A DNA stretch of 64,000 nt, from assembly GCA_002269645.1 (NCBI GenBank), contig NIVC01001622.1, positions 62,001 to 126,000 of the forward strand. The letters are read 5' to 3'. Position 1 is the first letter of the stretch, and the number at the start of each line of letters is the position of its first letter. Below, in pieces: positions 1-13,503 of the stretch. The stretch is from Macrostomum lignano (Eukaryota). The notes beneath the pieces were generated by a model. The model saw only the letters and a list, made by a program, of their open reading frames with translations, did not search any database and was not told the origin of the DNA. The position numbers and the translations under genes are program-made.

Positions 1-445
1 TGGTGGGCGCCCCTGTGTCTTAATTGGTGGGCGCCCCTATCGATCTTTTGGTGGGCGCCCCTGTGTCTTAATTGGTGGGCGCCTCTGTCTATAGGTGGGC
101 GCCACTGTCTCTTGGTGGGCGCCCCTGTCTCTTGGTGGGCGCCCCTGTCTTTTGGTGGGCGCCCCTGTCATTTGGTGGGCGCCCCTGTCTCTTGGTGGGC
201 GCCCCTGTCTCTTGGTGGGCGCCCCTGTCTCTTGGTGGGCGCCCCTGTCTTTTGGTGGGCGCCCCTGTCTTTTGGTGGGCGCCCCTGTCTCTTGGTGGGC
301 GCCCCTGTCTTTTGGTGGGCGCCCCTGTCTCTTGGTGGGCGCCCCTGTCTCTTGGTGGGCGCCCCTGTCTTTTGGTGGGCGCCCCTGTCATTTGGTGGGC
401 GCCCCTGTCTTTTGGTGGGCGCCCCTGTCATTTGGTGGGCGCCCC
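1..445 (+). repeat. 20-bp minisatellite (TGGTGGGCGCCCCTGTCT[C/T]T), truncated by the window start
   Basis: Exact 20-nt periodicity from ~108 to 445 with degenerate units before that; each unit contains the palindrome GGGCGCCC; followed by a ~100-bp unique tail also present at 15830-15920 on the opposite strand. Confidence 0.97.
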
Positions 446-1092
446 TACCCGTGTCTTCTATAGGCCGGTGCAGGAAATCACGTCCAAGACAGGTGGCAAA
501 AGTTGAGCTCCTGCATGTCGTCATTCGTCGGGCTTGTTTGACTCTTTAATCTTGTTGCCCCCCGATTGGGGGGGGGGTTGATTTGACTAAAAATGTGTTC
601 TGTGCATGTGGCACATCGCGCACCTTTGATTATTGTTGTTAAAACTGACTACAAAAATGTGATACATTGGATTGCGTACATTCAGGCACCCATATACTGA
701 TTACATGTGCTCATATCTTCTAAAAATGGCTCATTCTATAGGCATAACAGTCAAGTAACATGTATAAATAACCCTTTTGTGCAAAACCGTCACTCTTAAT
801 ACCATAAAGTCAGAAAATCTCTGATGTTTTATTAAATTAAGTGGCATCAATCAGCATTGTAACTGAACCCATTGATTAATGCACTCATGTAACTCTATTT
901 ATTCATTGTAACACAGTTCATAAATACTATAATATAACATTTTGCCATCTAAGTGTTAAAACTGCAATAATTATGTTTTCTATGTTTTCTATGTTTTATG
1001 TTTTCCAAAAAGTTTCAAAAAACGATTTGATGTTTTGCATAGAGCTGAATAGGGTTGGGCCATAGACTATTTCTGTATATAAAAATACACTA

Positions 1093-4000
1093 CACCATTT
1101 TACCCTCGATTTTGAACAAGGAGAACTTCGAAACTGACAAACTCCTCTTCAATATTGACACTTTATGGTCGGGCACTCAAAATCTACAATCAATATTGAC
1201 AGATCAAGCTTCAATTTTGACAAACTCTGGTTCAATTTTGACAATGCACGTTTAGTCAACTTCTCCTGAGAGAATTCGGTAACAAAGAAATCCAATGAAA
1301 GCCTGAACGGGGCTGAAGTGAGCTGTGCAATATCAGCTTATTCTGATTTTGCTTTTTGGATCTACAAGATAATTTTTTTTCTTTATCCTTTACACACACA
1401 GACTAAAATAGCCTGTCTGGTTGGGCTGTCAAGTCTGATTCTATTTTGACAGAGTTGCTTCAAAACTGACACTCTATGGTTTGTGTACCCAAAAAGTCCG
1501 CTTCATTTTTGACAACTCCGAATCAATATTGAACAGTTTACAATCGATTTTGACTAAGACATTTTTTGAAATAGATTTTGACAATTTTTACTAAGATTTC
1601 TCTCTTGAGGGGGGGGTTCTTGCTATTTGGGAGAGGGGGTACTGGCTGCATGTATCTACGAGTACATGTATGGGAATCTTTCTATCCAGGGATGCTTGCT
1701 ATCTGGGTGGATGTTTGCTACCTGGATGATGCTTGCTATCTGGGGGATGCTTGCTATCTGGGTGGATGTTTGCTACCTGGATGATGCTTGCTATCTGCAA
1801 GATGCTTGCTATCTGCAAGATGCTTGCTATCTGGGGGATGCTTGCTATCTGGGTGGATGCTTGCTATCTGGGGGACGCTTGCTATCTGGGTGGATGCTTG
1901 CTATCTGGGGGACGCTTGCTATCTGCAGGATGCTTGCTATCTGGGTGGATGCTTGCTATCTGGGGGATGCTTGCTATCTGGGTGCACGCTTGCTATCTGG
2001 GTGGATGCTTGCTATCTAGGTGGATGCTTGCTATCTGGGGGATGCTTGCTATCTGGGTGGATGTTTGCTACCTGGATGATGCTTGCTATCTGGGTGGATG
2101 TTTGCTACCTGGATGATGCTTGCTATCTGGGGGATGCTTGCTATCTGGGTGGATGTTTGCTACCTGGATGATGCTTGCTATCTGGGGGATGCTTGCTATC
2201 TGGGTGGATGTTTGCTACCTGGATGATGCTTGCTATCTGCAAGATGCTTGCTATCTGCAAGATGCTTGCTATCTGGGGGATGCTTGCTATCTGGGTGGAT
2301 GCTTGCTATCTGGGGCATGCTTGCTATCTGGGTGGATGCTTGCTATCTGGGGGACGCTTGCTATCTGCAGGATGCTTGCTATCTGGGTGGATGCTTGCTA
2401 TCTGGGGGATGCTTGCTATCTACAGGATGCTTGCTATCTGGGTGTATGCTTGCTATCTAGGTGGATGCTTGCTATCTGGGGGATGCTTGCTATCTGGGGG
2501 ATGCTTGCTATCTGGGGGATGCTTGCTATCTGGGGGATGCTTGCTATCTGGGGGATGCTTGCTATCTGGGGGATGCTTGCTATCTGGGTGTATGCTTGCT
2601 ATCTGGGTGGATGCTTGCTACCTGGATGATGCTTGCTATCTGGGGGATGCTTGCTACCTGGATGATACTTGCTATCTGGGTGGATGTTTGCTACCTGGAT
2701 GATGCTTGCTATCTGCAAGATGCTTGCTATCTGCAAGATGCTTGCTATCTGGGGGATGCTTGCTATCTGGGGGATGCTTGCTATCTGGGGGATGCTTGCT
2801 ATCTGCAAGATGCTTGCTATCTGGGTGCACGCTTGCTATCTGGGTGGATGCTTGCTATCTGGGTGGATGCTTGCTATCTGGGGTATGCTTGCTATCTGGG
2901 TGAATGCTTGCTATCTGGGGGACGCTTGCTATCTGCAGGATGCTTGCTATCTGGGTGGATGCTTGCTATCTGGGGGATGCTTGCTATCTGGGTGCACGCT
3001 TGCTATCTGAGTGGATGCTTGCTATCTAGGTGGATGCTTGCTATCTGGGGGATGCTTGCTATCTGGGGGATGCTTGCTATCTGGGGGATGCTTGCTATCT
3101 GGGGGACGCTTGCTATCTGCAGGATGCTTGCTATCTGGGTGGATGCTTGCTATCTGGGGGATGCTTGCTATCTACAGGATGCTTGCTATCTGGGTGTATG
3201 CTTGCTATCTAGGTGGATGCTTGCTATCTGGGGGATGCTTGCTATCTGGGGGATGCTTGCTATCTGGGGGATGCTTGCTATCTGGGGGATGCTTGCTATC
3301 TGGGGGATGCTTGCTATCTGGGGGATGCTTGCTATCTGGGTGTATGCTTGCTATCTGGGTGGATGCTTGCTACCTGGATGATGCTTGCTATCTGGGGGAT
3401 GCTTGCTACCTGGATGATACTTGCTATCTGGGTGGATGTTTGCTACCTGGATGATGCTTGCTATCTGCAAGATGCTTGCTATCTGCAAGATGCTTGCTAT
3501 CTGGGGGATGCTTGCTATCTGGGGGATGCTTGCTATCTGGGGGATGCTTGCTATCTGCAAGATGCTTGCTATCTGGGTGCACGCTTGCTATCTGGGTGGA
3601 TGCTTGCTATCTGGGTGGATGCTTGCTATCTGGGGTATGCTTGCTATCTGGGTGGATGCTTGCTATCTGGGGGACGCTTGCTATCTGCAGGATGCTTGCT
3701 ATCTGGGTGGATGCTTGCTATCTGGGGGATGCTTGCTATCTGGGTGCACGCTTGCTATCTGGGTGGATGCTTGCTATCTAGGTGGATGCTTGCTATCTGG
3801 GGGATGCTTGCTATCTGGGGGATGCTTGCTATCTGGGGGATGCTTGCTATCTGGGGGATGCTTGCTATCTGCAGGATGCTTGCTATCTGGGTGTATGCTT
3901 GCTATCTGGGTGGATGCTTGCTACCTGGATGATGCTTGCTATCTGGGGGATGCTTGCTATCTGGGTGGATGTTTGCTACCTGGATGATGCTTGCTATCTG

Positions 4001-5196
4001 CAAGATGCTTGCTATCTGGGGGATGCTTGCTATCTGGGGGATGCTTGCTATCTGGGGGATGCTTGCTATCTGGGGGATGCTTGCTATCTGGGGGATGCTT
4101 GCTATCTGCAAGATGCTTGCTATCTGCAAGATGCTTGCTATCTGGGTGCACGCTTGCTATCTGGGTGGATGCTTGCTATCTGGGTGGATGCTTGCTATCT
4201 GGGTGGATGCTTGCTATCTGGGGGACGCTTGCTATCTGCAGGATGCTTGCTATCTGGGTGGATGCTTGCTATCTGGGGGATGCTTGCTATCTGGGTGGAT
4301 GCTTGCTATCTGGGGGATGCTTGCTATCTGGGGGATGCTTGCTATCTGGGGGATGCTTGCTATCTGGGGGATGCTTGCTATCTGCAGGATGCTTGCTATC
4401 TGGGGGATGCTTGCTATCTGCAGGATGCTTGCTATCTGGGTGGATGCTTGCTATCTGGGTGTATGCTTGCTATCTGGGTGTATGCTTGCTATCTGGGTGT
4501 ATGCTTGCTATCTGGGTGGATGCTTGCTATCTTGGAATGTTAAATGACCGGTCTTTTGCTAGAGTCCCTTGAGAGAGCAGGGACTCTAGCAAGCATCCCT
4601 GGATAGAAACACTCCCATACATGTACTCGTAGATACATGCAGCCAGTACCCCCTCTCCCAAATAGCAAGAACCCCCCCCTCAAGAGAGAAATCTTAGTAA
4701 AAATTGTCAAAATCTATTTCAAAAAATGTCTTAGTCAAAATCGATTGTAAACTGTTCAATATTGATTCGGAGTTGTCAAAAATGAAGCGGACTTTTTGGG
4801 TACACAAACCATAGAGTGTCAGTTTTGAAGCAACTCTGTCAAAATAGAATCAGACTTGACAGCCCAACCAGACAGGCTATTTTAGTCTGTGTGTGTAAAG
4901 GATAAAGAAAAAAAAATTATCTTGTAGATCCAAAAAGCAAAATCAGAATAAGCTGATATTGCACAGCTCACTTCAGCCCCGTTCAGGCTTTCATTGGATT
5001 GCTTTGTTACCGAATTCTCTCAGGAGAAGTTGACTAAACGTGCATTGTCAAAATTGAACCAGAGTTTGTCAAAATTGAAGCTTGATCTGTCAATATTGAT
5101 TGTAGATTTTGAGTGCCCGACCATAAAGTGTCAATATTGAAGAGGAGTTTGTCAGTTTCGAAGTTCTCCTTGTTCAAAATCGAGGGTAAAATGGTG
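1093..5196. mobile_element. Non-autonomous foldback/MITE-like DNA transposon with ~610-bp TIRs and TA flanks
   Basis: 1093-1701 is the near-perfect reverse complement of 4587-5196 (TA|CACCATTTTACCCTCG ... CGAGGGTAAAATGGTG|TA); no transposase inside. Confidence 0.9.
1690..4531 (+). repeat. 18/19-bp minisatellite (GATGCTTGCTATCTGGG[G/TG]) filling the foldback element
   Basis: About 150 units with variants (CTGCAA, CTGCAG, ACCTGGAT); a 752-bp higher-order duplication is visible as identical ORFs offset 2461/3213, 2599/3351, 2669/3421. Confidence 0.98.
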
Positions 5197-7518
5197 TATA
5201 TATACGAGTAAATACGGTGGAGGCCACAGAAGGTCCAGAATTTGCGCGTGCATAGCCTCCTCTCTACTACACTAATCTGTCCATGTTGAAAGCACTGCCT
5301 GAATGTAATTTTAATCACATGGTTCAAAAGTCGCCATTTTTTATAGCATGACGAATATAGCAGCCTGTCAGCCTTAATCTTATAAATAATCTTAGACGGA
5401 ATGAAAGTGTCACATAGGCTCTCTGAACCGCAAAATCTGAGAAGTGTCCGGGCGGAACCCTGACCATGACAGCTGCGGAACACATTCGATCACGCGCTAG
5501 TAGCACGCGAGATATGATGGGATGGACTGTTGGTTCTGCATGAACCTTCATTGTAGCTCAATTAATCACACGACAACTTGTGTGTTGTTTTATTTTGCGA
5601 GAGCTTGTGTCTGCTTGATTAATTTTAGGGAACATGCTCATAAAAACGCTCAGACAGGGTGCACAGTGGCTTTTTGACTTTCTAATCGAACGATCAAAGG
5701 AATCAAACGATCGGGGTAGTGTTGCGCGAGAGTCAGACGTACGCGTTTACCCGCTGTGTGAGCTGCTCTACATCTGACACCCTCTAATATATAAGTGTGA
5801 GTGCGTGCCTATGTTGTAGTCATACGTATAAACTGGAGATCGTTAATTGGTTAAATTCAGCTAATCGGCCAATCAAAATTGCCTTCATCAGAACGATCTT
5901 CATTCATCATCGATCGTTAGACATTGGCAGCCGGCGCATCGTATTCCAGTCACAGAATTGGTAATCAATTGGTCTGCATACTTTCTACACTTAAAATCTA
6001 GCTGAGGTTCTGAGTGCCTCTGTCTTTGTCTGACCCAGCTATATTCCACAGCTAGATTAGGATTATTATATACATTATTGTACTTTGAAGCGGGTTGCAA
6101 GTGGTAGCTGGTATAGCAAGCGAGCAAAAAGATTTTGCGTATATTTGTTTAAGCATCATCATTTATTTAACGAGAATAGGGAGGTGTGAGTCAGATCGAA
6201 CTGGCTGGCTGGGCAAAATTACAGGCGTCTGTGTACAGGCGTCCCCGCTCTCAGCCGTGCACCGGTCTGGCCGCCACAACTTCGCTTTTTTACAACAGCT
6301 AAAAATAAATGCAGTACAGTGGACCAAACTGTATCATAGTATAGCTCGTATGTCGTTGGCACATGCTTAATTACCCAAATCTGAAATTTCATGCTACAAA
6401 CATAAAGGTACATGTGAATACATTTAAATAGGTATTACCATGTACCGAATTTTTCCTTATGTTTCTACTATCAGTAGAAAAAAATGTGAATTTCAATAAT
6501 TAATTTCACGTGTACGTTAATTACAAGTAAATTAAGTAAATTAAAGTAATCTTAAAAACTGCTATTGTATTGTATAGTATAGTAATTGTATTGGTGCATC
6601 CTACGCTCGTAAAATATCAATCTTGCAGTTTTTTCTAGACTAGTAAAAAATTTCGCGGGTTCGGCCGAAAATCTACATGCAGTATATGAATTGCAAACGC
6701 GTCTTGGCGTCTTTTAACAGAGCTACCAGTTCTTTTATTGTTCGTTAAGTTTTCTGTTGCTTTATAGTGAAGTAGATAATATTCTGAGCAACTTAGAGAC
6801 ATGTTTTCCGTTTCTACATGCTACAGATCCATAAATTTACTTTAAATTTAAAGATCAATACGTCTTCGCCATATTTAACACGACTGCGAGTGAATGTAGC
6901 GTCCTACTAGCTTCCACGCATTGCACACATGATTTTAAGAGAAAAAATAAATTAGTTGGCAGGTTAGTCCTACCTAGCATTCCATCATAATATAGAATGC
7001 TATTATGCTTTATAATGTAGAGAGTTAGCTGCCAACAATTTTATAAGGGCTATAAATTATGCTTGCTGGCCTTATACTATCTTTTGCCATATTATGAATG
7101 AAAGTTATATTATTTGACTATTTAAGTAGGAAAAGTAAACAATGTAATTAATTTCTGCAATATATTATTTTTTTAATTAAAAGTTTGTTAAAGCTATCTG
7201 ACGGATTTAATAAAATCCGGATGCCGTGTTGCAACTTTGAGTCTTTCAGAAAAAAGCAAAAATGTACTAGTACATTGCTTTTATAAAAGCCTAGGATAAG
7301 AAACTGCGAACTGTGATTGTTGTGAATCTGATCCGTATCTATTCGTCTATTTATTATCCATTATTAATAAGTTCAGATAACCAATTGTCCTTGTCAAATA
7401 TTAGGCCCCTATTGATAGGGGCCTAAGCCCATACCTAAATAATACTTGCTGGCGTATAATATAGGCCTAATATATAAAAGTTTAGCCCTAGCCCTTGCCC
7501 CTTGGCCTTGCCTTACTC

Positions 7519-7600
7519 CAGGGTTCGGCAACCTTTTTCCACTTGAGGGCTAGATGAGGTTTTCAGTTCAAGACCACGGTCCACACTCCACAGGTCGCAC
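7519..7600 (+). mobile_element. hAT-like MITE terminus (one end only)
   Basis: CAGGGTTCGGCAACCTTTTT...GGGCTAGATG resembles hAT termini and the element end at 56059; no partner end found. Confidence 0.4.
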
Positions 7601-9920
7601 CCCCCCCCATGCACAGATTACTCTGCCCAGACTGCTCCCCCACCAGCCCACCCTGGGTCTGGGTTAATTTTTTATCTAATATCTATACATAGTAGGTCTA
7701 TATTAAAAATATAGAAACATGCCTTTATACTATAGAGATCTAGAATCAGTTAGGCCTATCTATATAATATAGAATTGTAGATTATATTTCTTTGCATTTA
7801 GATAGGCCTATTCTATTCTATGATTATGAATCTCTCCTACAACCTAGGTGCAAGTGCAATGAGATTAGGGGGCCTAAGATATGCTAATATAGGCTCTGCT
7901 CTAGCCTAGGTCCTTAGGATAGGATAGACCTAGGTTTATTGTAGCATAATAGTAAATAGAGTACTATCCTTATTATATTTATTTTATTAGGCCCCTATAA
8001 CACAACGCAATACCCTAAATGGATATTTGTTAATATATTATAAAATAAAAATGAAGGGATATGGAAGCCAAAATAAGCAATAAGAGAGAATAATAAAAGA
8101 ATAAAGAATTAAAAAAGATATAGCCATAGGGCTAGCTAATTGCAAAATCCTAGGCCTACTCATTGCTTAACAGAACATAATCCTTATATTTACTTTTATA
8201 TAGGCCTAGGCCTAATATCCTAAATGGATAATTTGTTAATGAAACATTGTAAAACAAAAGTGAAAAAAAGATATAAAAGCAAAAATGAGGCAGAATAATC
8301 AGAAACTCTGTTTTTTTTTCACTTTTGGGTCTTTGATTTCTTTTCCATATCTCTTTTCACCTTTTTTATAATATATTATTAACCAATTGCCCATTTAGGA
8401 TATTGTATAACAAAAGTGAATGTAAGGATCATGCTCTAATAAGCTACAATTATAGAATTTTTGCAATCATGGCTAGACCTAAATCTATTTTAATTCTCAC
8501 TATTTTTCCAGGTATTAAGCCTATGCAAAAAATTTATGCAAAATGTTAATATCATAAAATTAAAGAATGTTATATAAATATTAAAATAAACAATTAGACC
8601 TAATAAAACTTTATTATTATAAAGATAGGCCTAGGGCTAATAAATGCTAAAAAGAATTGTTTTATCTATTATTTAAACTAAGAAAGGATATTAATTTAGT
8701 ATCTACTAATTGTCTATATAGATAATACTTTTAAAATTATTGATTGCAATTATGACCTAGTCTCAAATTGTTGGAAATTAGATAGGATAGGATCATATAT
8801 AGATTATTTGCATTTGGCTTAGTTTTAACTATGCAATTAATTTAGTTTTTTAACTTAATTAATTATTAGATAGATCTTAAATTATAAAATCAGTTTATAT
8901 AGCTAAATTTTGTTGAATAAATCTTAAAAAGTTATGATTTTTTTAAACCTGGCTTTTTACAATTTATGTCACCTAGATTGCCTAGATTAGCAAGCAGTTA
9001 TATATAGGCCTTTGTATCTTAAAATATTGATAATATAATATCTAATTATATCTTTTATATATATGCCTTAGCCCATGCCATAACCATACTTTGGATCATG
9101 TTAAATGCATATCAGAATACCAAAACTAAATGTACATAATGCATACCAAACAAAATATATATTAGAAAATTCTATTATATCTAAAAAGTAGATTTTAGCC
9201 TATTTTGGATATTATATCAGACCTAATATGGATGCATGCTAATTTGGCTAAGTCTTTAATTTTGATTTATTGATTGCAACCAAGGCTTTAGATATAAGCC
9301 ATCTGCTGTCAGACCAGCTACCATCCCATTCATTATTTAATATAGCACATGACTTAAACTTATGTATAAGATGTGCATTGTCAGCTGAAAGCACTGCAGA
9401 AAAATTTACATTAGAACAAAAGTTGGATTAGAACACTGTGTTGATATTATTGCTGTATATGTATGTACATTTAGATTTCTATGCCAAAAAGGTGCCTTAA
9501 GACTAGCCACTAAACTCCTATATGATCTTTGAAATGTATTCAATCAAAGTAGACACCACTGCAATGTCTCAATGTCTATGACCAGACTTTGGATGTCATA
9601 TTTTTGTTGAAAACTATGTTGTGTTGGCCAGGTAATTTTTTATATAAACATCCTTTAAAAGTATTGCTATTGACTGATTGATAGCATATATTTATAATTT
9701 TATGATTACAAGCGATGAAATCAATGGAAATAATTTAAAACAACAACCAATTCAGCTAGTGCTAAGTGTACTTTTCCTGCACTCTGCAATAGTTGATAAA
9801 GTACACAAATGTACTTTTACTTTCCACTGGCACCGGTTGGTAATTTAAAAATCGCAACACCTGACAGCACAGCACAGCAAATTAATAAACGGCGATAGCT
9901 CAGACTAAATCAGCTCAAAA

Positions 9921-10169
9921 ATGATGTGCGATGTGATGCCCACAATATCGGAGGATGGCAGTAGTCAGGGCGATCGCGAGTCCCAGTTATCCGAGGACGG
10001 TGCCAACAATGTTGAGCAGCTGATGATCAATATGCTAGATGAGCGAGACAAGCTTATGGAATCGTTGCGGGAGGCCCAGGAACAGCTGGGTTTGGCCCAG
10101 CAGAAGATGGACGAGTTGGAGCGCGACAGAGAATTGCTTAATAAGCAGCTCAGTTCCGCCATGCCACAG
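9921..10169 (+). CDS. PPFIA: Liprin-alpha exon 1 (N-terminus, coiled coil)
   Basis: MMCDVMPTISED...EQLMINMLDERDKLMESLRE...SAMPQ matches the hallmark liprin-alpha start; donor CAG|GTGAGT at 10170, phase 0. Confidence 0.95.
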
Positions 10170-10269
10170 GTGAGTCATCAGTTTAGTTTCTGGGGATAGG
10201 GGCTTCATGCTATATATAAACCTAACCCTAGCCTAAATCGTTAAGCGGTCAAATAACTAACATTCAAAG

Positions 10270-10410
10270 CTCAGGCTGTCAGTCAAATGGCTGTCAGTCA
10301 AGTCGCTGTCAGTCAAATGGCTGTCAGCTTCAAATAGCTGTCAGTCAAATTTCTGTCAGTCGTATGGCTGTCAGTCAAATAGCCGTCAGTCAAATGGGTG
10401 TCAGCTTTGG
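10270..10410 (+). repeat. ~15-17-bp minisatellite (TGTCAG[CT]TCAAATGGC)
   Basis: About 9 degenerate units; same family as 34195-34555. Confidence 0.85.
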
Positions 10411-11499
10411 CCTACAGCGCCTACAGCGCAGGCCCAAGCTTCCTAAAAGTCTTCTTTAAAGGGTTTGTTTTTACTGTCTGTCTAAATGTCTGTTAATCAG
10501 ATTAATCAGAGTTATAAAAGTGTGGATGTTTTTTATCATTTCGTGCATCTGTCTTAAAGCATCATAGAATGGTCCTTTTGTAGGTTATTTAACAATTATT
10601 CGAATTGATAAATGTTTGTTATATTTTAAAAGCCGGTTTCTCGACAAGACGGAAGAGTACTCTGTGATAAAAGTTATACTGTATGTAAATTTGCACCGTT
10701 AGATTTTGATTTTAGGTCGCGGCAATTTTCTTGAACCTCAGCATTAAAGCATTGAGTGTTTATATATTCGTTAGTATGGGCCAAGTTATTCCCCGCGGGA
10801 TTTACTCGGGAATGGGGAGGGGAGGGGCACGGGTGGGGGCCGAAATCCGGAAGAAAGGAAAATGAGGGGATCGCTGAATTACAGACAGTTTTAGAGGCTG
10901 TAGGGATATTAACCGCTTTAACTTCCTTCCCCCTCTCTCTGTTTCCCTTCTTTTAGTATTTTGCGGTATGGATATGCCCTCGGTGCTAACCTTTGTGTGT
11001 ATGTAATATACATATATTATATATGCAATGGGGCATCTCAATACTCAATTTACTCATACTCGGAGAACTTTTGTTCTTTGCATATGAATGGGTTTTTTAG
11101 TCGGGAGACTGCAGACACTAATTCTAATATCTTGAATTAATTCCCTAATTATATTAACTAGCTTAAGAATTTTTATGCATATATCGTATATAAATATAAG
11201 CCTAGTTGGCTTTTGTTCATTCATTGTAAACAACACAGGGTATTTTCAAGTTGACACACAAGTACACAGTCTAAGAGACAACAGTCAGTGTATGCCGAGT
11301 CTAAGGTGGAGCCTGTCAAACTGTATTACATCAGAGTGATTGCACAGACACAGGAAGCAGCAGGGGAGAGGGTGGATTAGGGAAATATGCATCGATTTTT
11401 AGGAGCTGTCTAGGGAGAAGTGCTTATGATATTTTCATTACTACAAAATAAGCTAGCGAAATAATAAAACAGCTATGCATAGGCTGGTTGGCAATGGCT

Positions 11500-12030
11500 A
11501 GGATGTCAAGGCTCATGAGGGGAGTTGCTGAGATGCTAAAGCTCATGGGGTGAATTGCTGAGATGCCAATTGGCTCAATGAGGAGTTGCTGAGATGCCAA
11601 TTGGCTCAATGGGGAGTTGCTGAGATGCCAATTGGCTCAATGGGGAGTGGCTGAGATGCCAATTGGCTCAATGGGGAGTTGCTGAGATGCCAATTGGCTC
11701 AATGGGGAGTTGCTGAGATGCCAATTGGCTCAATGGGGAGTTGCTGAGATGCCAATTGGCTCAATGGGGAGTTGCTGAGATGCCAATTGGCTCAATGGGG
11801 AGTTGCTGAGATGCCAATTGGCTCAATGGGGAGTTGCTGAGATGCCAAGGCTCATGGGGAATAGCTTAGAGGTCAAGGCTCACGGGGAATAGCTTAGAGG
11901 TCAAGGCTCATTGGAGCAATTGCTGAGAGGTCAAGGCTCATTGGAGCAATTGCTGAGATGCCAAGTCTCTCAATGGAGCAATTGCTGAGATGCCAAGTCT
12001 CAATGGGGGAATTGCTAAAATGTCAAGGCT
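11500..12030 (+). repeat. 31-bp minisatellite (TGCTGAGATGCCAATTGGCTCAATGGGGAGT) with degenerate flanking units
   Basis: Homogeneous units at ~11555-11845; diverged units either side. Confidence 0.93.
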
Positions 12031-12401
12031 CATTTTGGATTGCTAAAATACTTTGACTCATAGGAGGGGGCTGCTGAGATGTCAATGGTCAATTGTGAGT
12101 TGGTGGTTGTTGGCCAAGCATCAAAGAGAGAGTTAGTTAATGCTTTTTGCTTTAAATATAATTTTCGTTAAGAAACTAACAATAGTGACTGTAGAAGGTC
12201 GAAACCTACTACATGTAGTTTATTCTATAGGTTTTTATTGCTCTCTCTGTTGCCTCCCCAATGGGGGCGAAGATTGCTCTCTAGTCTGGTTTTTGTTTAG
12301 GGTTTAGGGCCAAGCAAACGAGCTATTACTCTGGGGAATTCGTTGCGGAATTTGAGTTGAACTTTTCTTCTATTGGCTAACCGAGTGTTTCCTGTGCGAT
12401 A

Positions 12402-12538
12402 TAAGCACTAAGCATGTTTATTATGCCAGTATACTGTCAAATCAATGTAAGCACTAAGCATGTTTATTATGCCAGTATACTGTCAAATCAATGTAAGCAC
12501 TAAGCATGTTTATTATGTTAGTATACTGTCAAATCAAA
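12402..12538 (+). repeat. 46-bp tandem repeat, 3 copies
   Basis: TAAGCACTAAGCATGTTTATTATGCCAGTATACTGTCAAATCAATG starts at 12402, 12448 and 12494. Confidence 0.92.
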
Positions 12539-13121
12539 ATGGCTGATAAGTTTGATTTTGTTCAGCTTGAACATTTTTTGTATGATGCTTGGCCTTATAA
12601 AGTAAGCGAATTTTGGCAACACGGTCATCTGAAACGGCAAACTGTAACAAATGAACGAGGAAAGCAAGATAAAAACATGAAGCAAGACAAAAAAATAAAG
12701 TGCAGGATTGATTTTGTCTATGGTTGAACTTCATGGTCGAAAAAAGGATCAATTAAGAATGAGATTCCGCACGAGTGTTTTTCTGCCATAGACTCACAAG
12801 TTAGCGTTCAAGAATCTTTACATTACTGGCAGCATGAGTGTATATTTAATTCTTAGTGCAAAAAATGCAGAGCAACTTAATCAGTGAACTGAGCGACTAT
12901 ATTCACTACTCATTTGGCGGAAAGGCAAAGCTGGGCGCCAATAACTCAAGTATCGAGAAGATAGAAAGACGAAGATTAGGGCTCGGCAACCGTAGTGCCG
13001 ATTGCTTTCCTTATCCTTGCTTCAGAGTTGAAAAATCTCTTGTACTGGCTGGCCTCGTTTTTCGCACTTAATTCGCACTGTTTGTGAGTGCTAGACTTCT
13101 TTTAGCTAGCTGTTTTTGAGG

Positions 13122-13503
13122 CTATACTGTAAGGGGCGCCAAATGTATACTTTAAGGGGGCGCCAAATCTATACTGTAAGGGGGCGCCAAAGCTATGCTA
13201 TACGGGGGCACCAAATTTAAACTGTAAGGGGGGTTGTGCCAATGCTATACTGTAAGGGGGGTGGGTTGTGCCAAAGCTATACTGTAAGGGGGGTTGTGCC
13301 AAAGCTATACTGTAAGGGGGGGTTGTGCCAAAGCTATACTGTAAGGGGGGGGTTGTACCAAAGCTATACTGTAAGGGGGGTGGGTTGTGCCAAAGCTATA
13401 CTGTAAGGGGGGGTTGTGCCAAAGCTATACTGTAAGGGGGGGGGTTGTGCCAAAGCTATACTGTAAGGGGGGGTTGTGCCAAAGCTATACTGTAAGGGGG
13501 CGC
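13122..13503 (+). repeat. ~28-32-bp minisatellite with variable G-run (GTGCCAAAGCTATACTGTAAGGGGGGGTT)
   Basis: About 13 units; unit length varies with G-tract length. Confidence 0.93.

Noticed and set aside
72-549. ORFs with WWAPLSLGGRPCLLVGAP repeats (also 15814-16491)
   Set aside because: Products of a 20-bp repeat cycling through frames.
1578-4572. Many overlapping ORFs (DACYLG, MLAIW, GCLLS repeats)
   Set aside because: Translations of an 18/19-bp minisatellite that is open in several frames, inside a non-coding TIR element.
5900-6127. Small - strand ORF with a CxxC (IRCAGCQC)
   Set aside because: No recognisable family, no second Cys/His pair, no supporting splice structure.
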